In this document: positions 33,528 to 44,745 of the stretch, in pieces
Layout of the letters: each line of letters starts with the position of its first letter
Position numbering within the stretch: position 1 is the first letter of the stretch
Origin: Saprolegnia diclina VS20
Lineage: Eukaryota
Direction: 5' to 3'
NCBI RefSeq assembly: GCF_000281045.1
Contig: NW_008246080.1
Location: 710,845 to 765,153 of the forward strand
DNA length: 54,309 nt
The notes under the pieces: model-generated
What the model was told of the DNA's origin: nothing
What the model saw: only the letters and a program-made list of their open reading frames with translations
Databases searched by the model: none
Translations under genes and position numbers: made by a program

Positions 33528-33693
33528 ACATGTCAAACCCCACTAAGTTATGAACGTCGTATCGATATCAGTAGTACGTGTCGAGTCGGCGAACGTGCAT
33601 GTTGAGACTGTGGCGATCCGCGCCGCTGCCTTTCCAGCCGCGTCGTTTATAAATAGGGAGGCCGTTTGGTTCGTTGGTGGCGGTGGATCGGCG

Positions 33694-35535
33694 ATGGAGC
33701 TGATGGCGTTTGAAGACGTCGAATTTGTGCGGCTCGTGCAAACCACCGCGTCGGCCATCGCCAAGGACCTTCGGCGTGACGCACCCGACGACGCCGAGCT
33801 GCGCCTCGAAGTACTACACCTCGCTCTGCTCGAGTCGCCGGGTCTGGTCTTTGCCGTTGACGCCGATGGGCACTCGCCGCTGCATTGGATCGCACAGCTC
33901 GGATCGATCTCGCTGTTGCAGCTCTTTCTAGATCACGATGCACCACTGCTCGTGCGCGACAAGAACGGACTCCTTCCGTTGCACTGGGCAGCGGCGGCCA
34001 ACAACTTGCCAGCGCTTCAGCTCCTCTTGGCGCAGCCCGAGTCGTGCATTGACGACCGCGATATCGACAAAGGCCAGACGCCGCTGCTACTGGCCGCGCG
34101 GCACGGCCACGCCATGGCGGTGCGTCGCCATCCTCGTTGTTCTGGATCTGAACTGTTGTTGCCTGGGCAGGTGCTCTACCTTCTCAGGCACGGTGCGAAC
34201 CCGTCGATTGTCGACAGCTCCGAGGTTGGGCATCGTGTCGATATCACAATTGCCTACTTGCGATAGGACAACTTTGTGCACTGGGCAGCGTACAAGGGCA
34301 ATGTGGAAATTCTGAGTCTGTGCCACACGTACGCGAGCACGTTTGGCGTCGACTTTGGCCTCTTTCGAGCCCTTGACACGTTTGGACAGTCGCCGTTGCA
34401 CCTCGCGGCCAACCAAGGGTACGTGATCATCGTCAAAGTCGTGACTCCGAGGCATGGGGTGTAGGCACCTCGATTGTGTTGAATATCTCTCGGAAGAGCT
34501 CGACGCCGGCGTCGACGTCTGCGATGCCAAAGGGCACACGCCGCTCCAGCTCGCCCAGCTGCGCGGCCACGCCGCGGTCGTAGCATACCTCGCGGGCAAG
34601 TTTACGCCGGCATGGAACCGGCAGCTCGGTCACGCTTTGTATTTCTGGTGCCTCCACGCAATGAACGCCGAGGCTGTCTCGCTCCAGCCGTTCCTTGGGC
34701 GCCGCGCTCCCATGTACTTTATGGTCGGCAACATTGCGCTTGGTGTCTACTGGCTCCTGCGCATGAACATGGCATCATGTGCGTGGACGGCCCAGCTTTT
34801 GCTGCAGGCCATGGCGTGGAGCGGCTTTGCGTGCGCGGCCTCGATCGCGCCGGGTGCTGTCGTCCACGAAGCGTCGCTGCGCGACTCGTACACTGCGTGC
34901 ATGGATCGCCTTCTCAGCGACGGCGGCGGCGACAGTCTCCACTTGCTCGACAACGTTCGGCTCTGCCATACGTGCTGCGTCGAAAAGCCCGTCGGGTCCA
35001 AGCACTGCCGGTTCTGCAAGACGTGTATACTTCGCTTCGACCACCAGTACACCCCCTCTCGTTCTACCACGAGGTCGCACCCGTCGATTGATGTAGTTGC
35101 CCGTTCATCAACAACTGCGTCGGCCAGCGCAACTATACGTTTTTCCTGCTCTACGTGGGCGCGATGGCCGCTGCCTCCGGGCACTTGGCGTATCACTGGG
35201 CGATGCATGGCACGTCGACGGCAGCCAGCATCGTCGGTGCGCTCTACTATGGCGGTGTCGGCGTCGTGGCTGGCAACTTGTTGTGCTTCCACCTCTTCCT
35301 AGCGTCCATTGACCTCTCGACCAACGAGTACCGCAACCGGCACCGGTACACGCATCTCAAAGACCGCACGTTTGCGTCGTTTACGAGCCCGTGCAGCGAC
35401 GAGTGCGTCCCAAAATGCCTCGCTCGACTGTGCATGAGCCTGCCGCCGCTGCCCCACGGGCTACGCCGCCGCGCTGCGTCGCAGAAAAGCAAGCTGTCCG
35501 CCCACGAGAGCGGCGGGAAGGTTCTCAGCGTCTAG
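33694..35535 (+). CDS. Ankyrin-repeat DHHC palmitoyltransferase (Akr1/ZDHHC17/TIP1-like), multi-exon
   Basis: Ankyrin repeats (DADGHSPLHWIAQLG, DKNGLLPLHWAAAAN, KGQTPLLLAARHGH), TM segments, and LCHTCCVEKPVGSKHCRFCKTCILRFDHH-CPFINNCVGQRNY with the DHHC motif split by intron ~35046-35096. TTxE-like LSTNE motif present. Confidence 0.92.
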
Positions 35536-36574
35536 TCGTTTGCATGTCTTCCGCAACACGAGGCTTTGGTTGTGCGCGTTACTGTGATACACACCGCGTC
35601 ATCACGTCTCGGCCACGACGGCTGCGGTGGAAGGCAGCTGCAGTGCGGACACGCCTTCTCCGCGACAGGAGGCTTGTGGACTCTATCGGAGGAGACGTCA
35701 CTGTGTCACGAGGCGCCGGCTGCGCGTCAAAAACCCTCAGCAGTACTTCAAGCATTGTTCCAACCAGCTTGATTTGGCGAACTGCGTTGGAAATCCCACC
35801 CAAGTTTGGATTCTCCACCGGATTCACCGTACTGTCTGTAGGTACTCAAAGGCAAAGTTTATGCAGGAAGGTATCCATCGAGTTATCCATGGCCTCTGGT
35901 GCAACGGTGTCTGGCGCATGCTGCTTGACGCTACGACCGCGCGTCCTTGTGCAAGCCACTTTTATGCTTGGCGACCTTCACCTACGGTACATTTGAAACC
36001 TTGCGTTGAACCGAACGGCAACTTGACGCTTCGAACTTCGCTTCGAGAGACGTGCGTTTGATTGGCCAGCAGTTAATGACAGGCGCATTGGATTGGCCGG
36101 CCCGACAAGATTTCCTTCGCTCGCCAATTATCCGCGAGCTTGGTTGGGGGTTGTTGTTGAAGATGGTCTTGCGCTTGACCCGTGAAGTCCCTTGGGTCCC
36201 ATAGGCATTCATATTATTCCTTCCTCTGGCGCATAGTATAAGTATACTACCTTAGTTGCAGTGTGCTCCTGGCTCAAAGATAGACTTGGACTCTGAGAAC
36301 GCCAGTCAAAATGTTTTTCCCGTCACGATGTTATCTGGGCGCCTGGTGAGGCCGGGCATCGATGCTCGGCATCCCAAGCTGGTAGCGCACACTATTTTTC
36401 AAGTCCGTACAGGCTGCGCCGGGCGCTATCGCGCCATTCCAGTGATATGTGCACGACCCAGAATCTGGCGCCGCGTCAGCTTCGAACTTCGAGTGTACCA
36501 GATCGTGACCGTGTCTCTGCGAAAGATGTCGGCCCACTTCTTGTTTCAATCCCGACTCGCCTTTGCCGACAATA

Positions 36575-37766
36575 ATGCTGCGGCGCGTCGTGGTCCTTCT
36601 CTCTGCGGTGGTCGCTGCGGCGCCGGGCACGCTCGTTCCATGCGCGACCAACTGCCTTCGTCTCTCGAATGGCTCGACCGTCGCGCTTCTTCCGACCAAC
36701 GCGAGCGCTATCGACCTCGTGCAGCAAGGTCTCGAGCGCATCGCCGGCCTCCCGAGCACCGTCCTCGCCCTGTACAGACTCATCGTCATGTTGCTGCGCT
36801 CACGCAAATCGTTGCAATAGAAACCTGTCTCGAAATGCCATCACGGCAGTCGATGCGAGTGCCACCCAACTAACGAACCTGTACGAGGCGCTCGATGTCA
36901 GCGAGGCTCACCGATTTGGTGTGTAGGGATCTCAGCTACAACCTTCTCCAAAGCGCAAGCCCGATCACGCTACCAACGACCCTCACAACATTGTATGACG
37001 ATGCACTCGCGGAAGAATGTACGGACGACATGATGATGCGTAGGGACCTGAGCTTCAACAACATGACAAGCCTGGACAACACGACGTTCTATTGGCCGCA
37101 GTTGCCATCGCTCCAGAGCTTGTACGTCTTTTGCTCGACAATTGCTCAACCTGGTTCTTATGCAAGTGCGTAGGAATCTGCGCGGTAATTCTCTCTCTCG
37201 ACTCCACAACGTTCAGTTTCCACCGACGCTGACCCGGCTGTGCGTGTGGCGTATCGCGCGAATTTTCTGATTTTTTTTAAATTAGCGACCTCACCAACAA
37301 CCCGCTGACCTACATTGGCATGGACCAAGCGACGTATGCGGCGCTCTCGTCGCCGCGGGTCGTGATCCTTATGGACCGCAACGTTGTCGGCCGAAGCCCC
37401 GAGTGCCCGACCGGCGTTGTGGCGCCGCTTCAAAATTCGATTCTGGTTTGCATTGAAGATGCCAGCGGCGTCATGAAGGCTGCGCAAGGTACATTTGATC
37501 GCTACTCGATACGTCTTCTCATCCCATTCGTTGGCCAAGTAGACTACATGATGCGGTATTTGGTTGTCATTTCGACGGGCACGTTCCTTGTCGTCATGCT
37601 GCTCCTCTACCGCAAGTACCGGACCGCGTACCTCGCGAGCGAAGACGCCGAGTATCTGCGAGCAACGTGCACGAGCTCCATTTTGCACGACGACGACGGC
37701 CCCACACAATTTGTGGGACTTCCAACACCGGACGAGAAGCCAACTCGTGACACGGTCGCGGTCTAA
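36575..37766 (+). CDS. LRR single-pass membrane receptor-like protein, paralog 1
   Basis: Signal peptide MLRRVVVLLSAVVAAA; LRR exons 36821-36880, 36927-36992, 37044-37121, 37174-37239 (NLSRNAI, DLSYNLL, DLSFNNM, NLRGNSL), then DLTNNPL; TM YLVVISTGTFLVVMLLLY; basic stop-transfer; short tail with RATCTSSI. Confidence 0.85.
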
Positions 37767-38153
37767 GATCTTGTTTAATATTTTATTTTATTTTATTCGA
37801 CACCAAATATACACTATTTACGGCAACACTATCTCTTGACGGTGTACACCGAAATCGGTGTGACGAGCAAGCGACCTTGGCATCATCTTGTGGATGATGC
37901 GATCACGCCGACGAAGACGGCGACGGATGGAGGCTCGGCGAGAGCACGCGCCTGGCGCAGCTGCATCCACGACCAGTGTCGTCTGGCGCCGCGGTCCACC
38001 TCTCTTGCAGCCAGGATCGATGGATACCCGGCCACGAACCAGGACAACGTAATCTTTTGACACGCACACTAATTCCAGACGTATCCAACTGCGGTGGCTG
38101 TCAATAAGAAATTTGCGTGCGCGGTCATTCGATCATTTCCGACCTGGCGCGCA

Positions 38154-39386
38154 ATGCTTTCCTGCCTTCTATTTTGCTGGACGCTCGCGCTATTGTTGCA
38201 TCCGCTCGACGCGGCGACCACCAACACCAGCACCCTTACGCTTGGTGCCTGCAACGACGCTGGTTGCCTCGACGACAACACGACCACCGGCGTCATCCTT
38301 CTCAACGCAACATCGACGACTGTGAACGCATCGAGATTGCACATTGACCGTGTGACGAGCCTGCCACCCAATGTCACGAGCTTGTACGCCGCATTGCCTT
38401 GTTTTGCCTGTGAATCATTATGTGGTCCTATAGGGATCTCTCGCAGAATGCCCTCTCGTCGCTCGCTGTCGACGCGTATACATCGCTGACATTTCTGTGC
38501 GTCCCGTGACCAGACATTGTTTTTGGCTTACCAAGGTGTAGGAATCTGAGCCGCAACGCGTTCCAGTCGACGAGCGCGCTGTCGCTGCCGACCTCGCTTC
38601 GCATCTTGTACGCACCGCGTACATGACGTAGGCTCAATGTATTTGGTTAGGGACTTGAGCGAGAACAATGTGAGCTACCTGGATGCGACGACGTGGGACT
38701 GGCAGCGGTATCCGTCCCTCTCCAAATTGTACAGCGGTTGCTTGCTCGTGCGGGTCGAGCTCAATGTTGCGGTGGCTTAGGATACTGCGAAGCAACAACC
38801 TCGTGCGGCTCGAGTGCAACCAATTTCCGGCCTCGATCACCGAAATGTACGTGATTGCCGGTTGATGGCCATTGCTTATGCAGAAATATGCAGTGATCTC
38901 TCGGGCAACCCGCTGGTGTCGTTCACCATGGACCAAGCCACGTACACCGACCTTCTCGCACGGCCCGTCATTATGCGCGTCGACAACACGGCAGGTATTG
39001 TCAAGAACTGTCGTGGGAGTGCTCTTCAGCTCCACGGTACGGTCGTCTGCGTCGGGTCGCGGTCCACAGCCAGCACGTCCCGCGCCTCCCAAGGTACTCT
39101 AGTCTTCTTCTTTCTATCCTATATTGATGTGGTGGTTACTGTAGGCTACGTGTTGCAGTACTTGCTCATCATGCTCGCCGTGACGATTGCGCTCTTGGTG
39201 GTGGTGCAATATCGCAAGCGCCGTGCGCGCACCGATGCCAACGACGACCCAGAGCTGCTCCGCGCCACGTGCACGAGCTCCATCTTGTACGAGCACGATC
39301 CGCTGCAGCTCGTGACGCCATGGCTGCCGCATGAGAAAGACGCTTGCAGCGACGACGACCGGTCGCACGATGGGTCGCGCGTGTGA
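38154..39386 (+). CDS. LRR single-pass membrane receptor-like protein, paralog 2
   Basis: Signal peptide MLSCLLFCWTLALLLHPLDA; LRR exons DLSQNAL, NLSRNAF, DLSENNV, ILRSNNL, DLSGNPL; TM YLLIMLAVTIALLVVVQY-RKRR; tail with RATCTSSI. INR-like tcatttcc at ~38133. Confidence 0.85.
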
Positions 39387-40074
39387 TATTCTTTTTCGTA
39401 TTTATTTATCGTAATAAAAATAGTGATGACCATGGAATCACACTATTTCGGTTCTTGAAGTTGGTCCTGCTGACACACGCGCGTAGGAGCTCGGAATATA
39501 CTTCTTGTGCTCAAACCTTGACGTTTGTGCTTGTGTACCGTGTCTCGAGTAGCTCCCGAACCGCCGCGGGTCCGGATCGTTGGCCGCTCTGCTTCATGGC
39601 GTGGATCCCAGTAGCTTGTGTTGGCGGGAAAACAGAGAATACCATAAAGAATCCCGGCTCGGTTTTTCGTTCTGAGCACTGTACCGATGTCTCTGCGTCT
39701 CTACGAGTCCTTCCCATGACGGTCGGACTCAGAGGTGCACACACCTCGGTTCTTTCTTGATCCGGTCGCGGCGTCCGTGCGACGACCAGAGAATCCTATG
39801 CCTCTTGATATTTCGAGCAGCACCTAGGTGCCTCCCCGAGGAATAAGCAACGCATCGCAGCAAGCGACGCCCGAAGTCGACATGCTCGCTCGCAAAGATG
39901 TCGCTTGGCCCAGTTCAAGCTGCGATCAAGCCGCAAGCCAGCACTGATATCGTAGTTCGAAGTACGAGAGACATCGAATCGACCAATCCAATCGCTCCGA
40001 GGGCGAAGACGAAGTTCGAGTGTGAATTTTGGAGCACCGCCGTAGTTTTGATCGCGGCTTGCTAGACGTGCGTC

Positions 40075-41443
40075 ATGGGACTAGCAAGGACGACCCGCCG
40101 ACCGTTGCTGCTGCTGCTGGTCCTGCTTCTCTGTGCTACGCCGTCGGTGCTCGGCATGGGCGCCACGCTGCTTCAGCTCTGCCCGTCGATCACGTCGACG
40201 CCATCGGCCTGCGTGCGCCAAGGTGGCAATGACAGCGTCAGCGTCATCGCTGCCAACGCCTCGGGCGCCATCGACCTCTCCAACATGTCCATCACGACAA
40301 TTGAAGAGCTGCCCGTGCAATTCACGACCTTGTACACGTCATTGCAGCAGGCCCTCGCACTCATGCCACCAACGTCGTAGGAACTTGTCCAACAATCTCG
40401 TCGACTCGGTGCGGTCCATGTACCTCGGCCCTTCACACCTTACGAACCTGTACGAGCCTCGATTCCAATGCGTGGCTCACACAATGTGCGTTAGCGACTT
40501 GAGCTACAATAACATTCAGTCGTACAGCCGCTTGGCGCTGCCGACGACGCTGACCGTGCTGTACGCGCTTGCAAGGATAACACGCCGTCTCATGCACGCA
40601 TAGGGACTTGAGCTTCAACAACTTGACGCGACTCGATGCAACGACCATCAATTGGCTATTGTTTCCAAACCTTACCAAGCTGTATGGGCTGCCACGTCAT
40701 TTCGACGCGTTGACGGACGATATGCGTAGGATCTTGCGCGGCAATAGCATCACGTCCATATCCAGCACGCATTTTCCAGCGTCGCTCCAGCACCTGTACG
40801 ACTGCATGCTCGCTTGTGTCTTCTTGACTCGTGGACGATTCCATCATGAGTAGGGACCTCTCGATGAACCCGATCTGCCGATTTGACATTGATCCGACCA
40901 CGTACTACCAATTCCGGAGCGATTCGTTCGAGTTGATGGCGTCCATGGCCCCGAACGCATTCCAAATGGCATGCGTGAGCTGCCCCGGCACGCTCGTCGT
41001 CGGCCAAGGCCTCGCACTCTGTGTCTTTGAGGGGTCGCGTGAGCACCTCTTGAACCAGACCCAAGGTAGAAAATCGTACATTTTTTGCTTTTTTGCTTTT
41101 TTGCTTTTTTGATTTTTGATTTTTGATTTTTGATTTTGATTGTTTCACTACATATTTTGTAGATTACTTTTTACGCTACTCGATTGCAATTTCGACCATC
41201 ACGGTGCTGCTCATGGCCGTGCTCTGGTTCCGCCGGTACCGGCAAATCCAGCGCGACCGCGCCGAGCTCTCGATGCGCGACACGTGCACGAGTTCCATCT
41301 GCGCGCAGTACGACGGCGTCCCCATGCAATACCGCATCTCGCTGTCGCCCTTGGCCGCGCCACCCTCGAGTAGTACGAGTTGCCTCCCGACCGACACCCA
41401 GCGCACAGACGTCAGCACCGCGACGTCGGCCTTTCGTCCGTGA
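40075..41443 (+). CDS. LRR single-pass membrane receptor-like protein, paralog 3
   Basis: Signal peptide MGLARTTRRPLLLLLVLLLCATPSVLG; LRR exons NLSNNLV, DLSYNNI, DLSFNNL, ILRGNSI, DLSMNPI; TM YSIAISTITVLLMAVLWF-RRYR; tail with RDTCTSSI. Confidence 0.85.
41081..41141. repeat. Degenerate (T5-6GC)/(T4-5GA) microsatellite inside the last intron (41066-41162) of LRR paralog 3
   Basis: ttttttgc x3 then tttttga repeated, seen directly; it makes this intron roughly twice the typical length. Confidence 0.85.
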
Positions 41444-41996
41444 AATCGGTCGAGTCTGTTGGATACGACAAGCATGCTCGTGACGCTTAGCAAGACACGA
41501 ACGACTGTACCACTAGCCTAATGATAACTCCTTTGTCTTGCCTCTTTGCTACTCGTGCAGACTACTGTCGTCCCAAGAGGGTTTTATTATTTCCTTGTAG
41601 GTTTATTCTCTTGTAGTACATTCTAGCTCGCACCATTTCTAGTAGAGAAATGAATGAGCCATGTGAATCGATCCATCTATCCAAGCAACGCGATGGTCTC
41701 AAGTTGACATATTGCGAGCGAGACGATACCAAAGCGAGCGTCAAATATGAGAGGCGATGGGGGAGCAGAGTACTTATTAATACCGGTACTGGGAACAAGT
41801 GGCCACCTCTCTACCCGCTGTCAGGCTACTCGTAGGAAGGGCAGCAACCCGTCTCGACGTGGAGCTTGAATGTCGGCGCGATCGCCAGGCGTGTGCGACC
41901 CCAAGTCGGCGCCAATGTGTTGCTGTACGCTGTTCACAAGCGCTCGAGCAAGATGAAGAAAGTAATAAAGAGCTTAATTAATCCGATCGCGCATAC

Positions 41997-42473
41997 TTAC
42001 GAGAACGAGCCGACAATGCCGTTGATGGCCATGGTGAGCATCGAGAGGATGCCAAGTGTCCACGCCGACGTGCGCGGCCAAAAGATGTGGTTGGCGAACG
42101 CAAGCGTGTGCACGACGCGGACGATGGTAAAGATGATGTACGCGACCGACGTCACTGACGTGTTGCCGCCCGCGAGGATCGACGTCCACGCCAAGATGAT
42201 GCCGAACGGAAGGTTCTCGAGGTCGTTACCGACAATGCGCTGCCAGCGAATGTCGTCGGCCTTGGCCTGCTGGTACGCGTCGCTGTCGACAACGTTGGTC
42301 GAGAGGCCAAAGTTCTGGCGCGGGATCGCCGAGCTCGCGGCCATGTCCTCGGGCGCGCGCGTGCCGGCCGTGAACTTCTTGCCGCCTTGCACCATGAGCG
42401 CCGCGAGGTACTTGACGTAGAGGATCGCCGTGCAGAGCATGAGCACTTGCGTCGTCGCCGGCGTCGAGATCAT
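41997..42473 (-). CDS. MAPEG family protein (microsomal glutathione S-transferase 1 / PGES-like)
   Basis: 158-aa intronless ORF with 4 hydrophobic helices, RAPED, DIRWQRIVGNDLENLPFG (MAPEG R...NDLEN motif), RVVHTLAF, WPRT. Confidence 0.9.
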   Translation of the reverse strand: MISTPATTQVLMLCTAILYVKYLAALMVQGGKKFTAGTRAPEDMAASSAIPRQNFGLSTNVVDSDAYQQAKADDIRWQRIVGNDLENLPFGIILAWTSILAGGNTSVTSVAYIIFTIVRVVHTLAFANHIFWPRTSAWTLGILSMLTMAINGIVGSFS

Positions 42474-42486
42474 CGTGGCTTCTGCA

Positions 42487-42502
42487 GCAAAAGTGGAAAT
42501 GA
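42487..42502 (-). promoter_or_regulatory. Oomycete INR+FPR core promoter of the MAPEG gene
   Basis: Minus strand TCATTTCCACTTTTGC, 14-29 nt upstream of ATG 42473; good match to the YCAYTYY initiator plus flanking motif. Confidence 0.65.
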
Positions 42503-43429
42503 GACTTCACAGACCTTCGTGCCCAGCGTTTCGTACGGTGGTGCAGCCGACGAATCCGCTGCCTTTCTACGCCGCGCAAGGCCATTGGCTCGAATGTTTT
42601 GTCACGGCCAATCAAACGGCTCCATTTGGGAATCTTATGCGGTCGACGGACAGCAAAACGTAGTCGAATCGATCGAATGCCGTCGTTGTTGTTGATGTGA
42701 TCGGACTTCGAGGGCTCGCATCGTGGGTCAAGTCAAAGGCCCCTGATGAGGTCTTCGGTGCAAAGATACTGCGAGGAAGGGCACTTGACTGGCGAAAAAT
42801 CGCAAACAAAAAGCAACGGCTTCCCGAACCGACGGACGAAGACGTCGGAGCGTCAGAGCGTCAGAGTGGTGGTACATGGATCGCAGAGTGATTGTTTGGC
42901 ACCGACGGACGCGTCGCATGCGCTGTCCTTACTATGAAGAATTTGAGGTCGAGGCACACGGTCTCTGGGTCTTATACTGTTTCTTATAGCACCATATTAG
43001 CCGTGTGGACGAGGCCCACCCTAGAGATCGAGCTTCCGCCTGACGACGTCGTTCGTAGCTTGTCGTTCGTTGTTGTTGAAGTGGGTCGATGTCTTCAATT
43101 TATTGCGTGTTTTTCACATTCCGCGGAGACGTAGCGAGCGAAAAACGCAGATGCACCCTCCCGTCTCCACGGAGCTCTCTTTCACGTGTACGAGTACACG
43201 GACCGTCTAGTTCTGTGATTCGGCAACGTGCACACCGTTATAATAATGTATTGGCCGTAATTTGTACAAATAGCTGGGATGACCAAGTCACTGGAATGCT
43301 CTGGTTTGGGGAGCACCACCATCAGAGTGCCCCAACATGGCCACAGTCGTAGTCTCTCCTTTCTGATTTCACAGACCAACGCCACAGACTTCAATTCGTT
43401 AAATTCACTAGTTTCAAAGCAAGTATTTA

Positions 43430-44745
43430 CTAGGCTCGCTGGTGCTTGCGAAACACACTCTCGAGGTGCTTCTTTTTTGGCGCTGAGAACGACGCGATAC
43501 ACGCCACAGGGGTGTCGCCGTAAACATCGACCCGTGCTACGACGGCGCCAGCGCGCAAGAGGTGTTTGATGCAGCTGCCATGGCCCCGAATCGCAGCGAG
43601 GTGCAGCGGCGACCAAAGGTGTTCCGGCTCAACCGCCTGGACGTTGGCACCGCGCTCAATCAAAAGCTCGAGGATCTCGGTGTGTCCTTGCGACGCGGCC
43701 CAGTGCAGACCGTTCCAGCCATGCTAGTGCGTCTTCTGGTTGAGATTGCTATGCGTACGTATAAGGTGGTCGTACCTGGTCGGTAATGTTGACGTCCGTG
43801 TCGTCGCCCAAGAGATCTTGGACGCGCCGGAGGTTGCCGCGGAAGACGGCTTGTAGAAACACTTTGCTTTCACTCGAGACGGTCGGACTCGTCTTCTCGA
43901 CCTCGTCGGCCGCGTCGCTCTGGTTGTCGTCGTCGTTCGCCGGTTGAGCTGCCTTTTTCGCCGGCTTCTTCTTCTTCTTTGCATTTGTATCGTCGTCGTC
44001 GAAGTCCTAGCCCAAGACGCGCTTCATCCAGCGAAATCAAGGGCAAGAAGCGCCTACGTACCGAGTACTCATCGTCGTCCTCGTCATCCTTGTTGTTGTT
44101 GTTGTCATTGTTGTTGTTGGTGCTCTTGGTGGTCGTCGTTGGAGTGGCAACGGCGGGGGTTGGGGCGGTACAAGCCTTTTGAACGACGGCGGCGGCTTTC
44201 TTGAGCGTTGCGGCCACCTGCGCCTTTGTGACGGCCGCGTCCTCGGCGGCGACGGCCCGCGCCGCTTCGACTAGGACAGCGCCGACATTGCTTTGTTGGC
44301 GTGCTTGGTCTTGCTTGACCGCCTTGGATGCGTCGGCAAGAGCGTGGACGACCGCCGCATCGCGCTCCTGCTCGACTTCGTTTGCGATCTGGACAAGCGA
44401 CTGCGTCGGCGCCTTCTGGAACGACGACCGCGAGTCTTGGCGCAGCGTCTTGGCAACAGTCGTAAGCGCGGCGCTGTCGGTGGCGATTGTCGCAGCCACG
44501 GCCGCTTGCAACGACACGCTCGGCGCGGCAGCCACGTCAGCGAGGGTCATCGGCGCTTCCTTGGCGACGGTCAAGAGTGACGGCTTGTCGGCCAAGGCGA
44601 CGCCCATCAACGTCGGCTTGGCCACGACATTTTGCAAGGTGGGCGCGGCGGAGATGGCTGGCGCGGCGTTGGCCACGTCAAGAAGCGAGCGCTTGGCGGA
44701 GCCGCCTTGGTTGGCGACATCGAGGAGCGACTTCGGCGCCGACAT
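43430..44745 (-). CDS. Ankyrin-repeat protein with Ala-rich repetitive N-terminus, multi-exon
   Basis: Exon 1 ORF MSAPKSLLDVANQGG...DDEDDDEYS, then spliced DFDDDDTNAKKKKK..FLQAVFRGNLRRVQDLLGDDTDVNITDQ-HGWNGLHWAASQGHTEILELLIERGANVQAVEPEHLWSPLHLAAIRGHGSCIKHLLRAGA..DVYGDTP; stop at 43430. Confidence 0.85.

Noticed and set aside
44088..44120. (TTG)n run
   Set aside because: Encodes the poly-Asn tract inside the ankyrin gene; ordinary coding low complexity.
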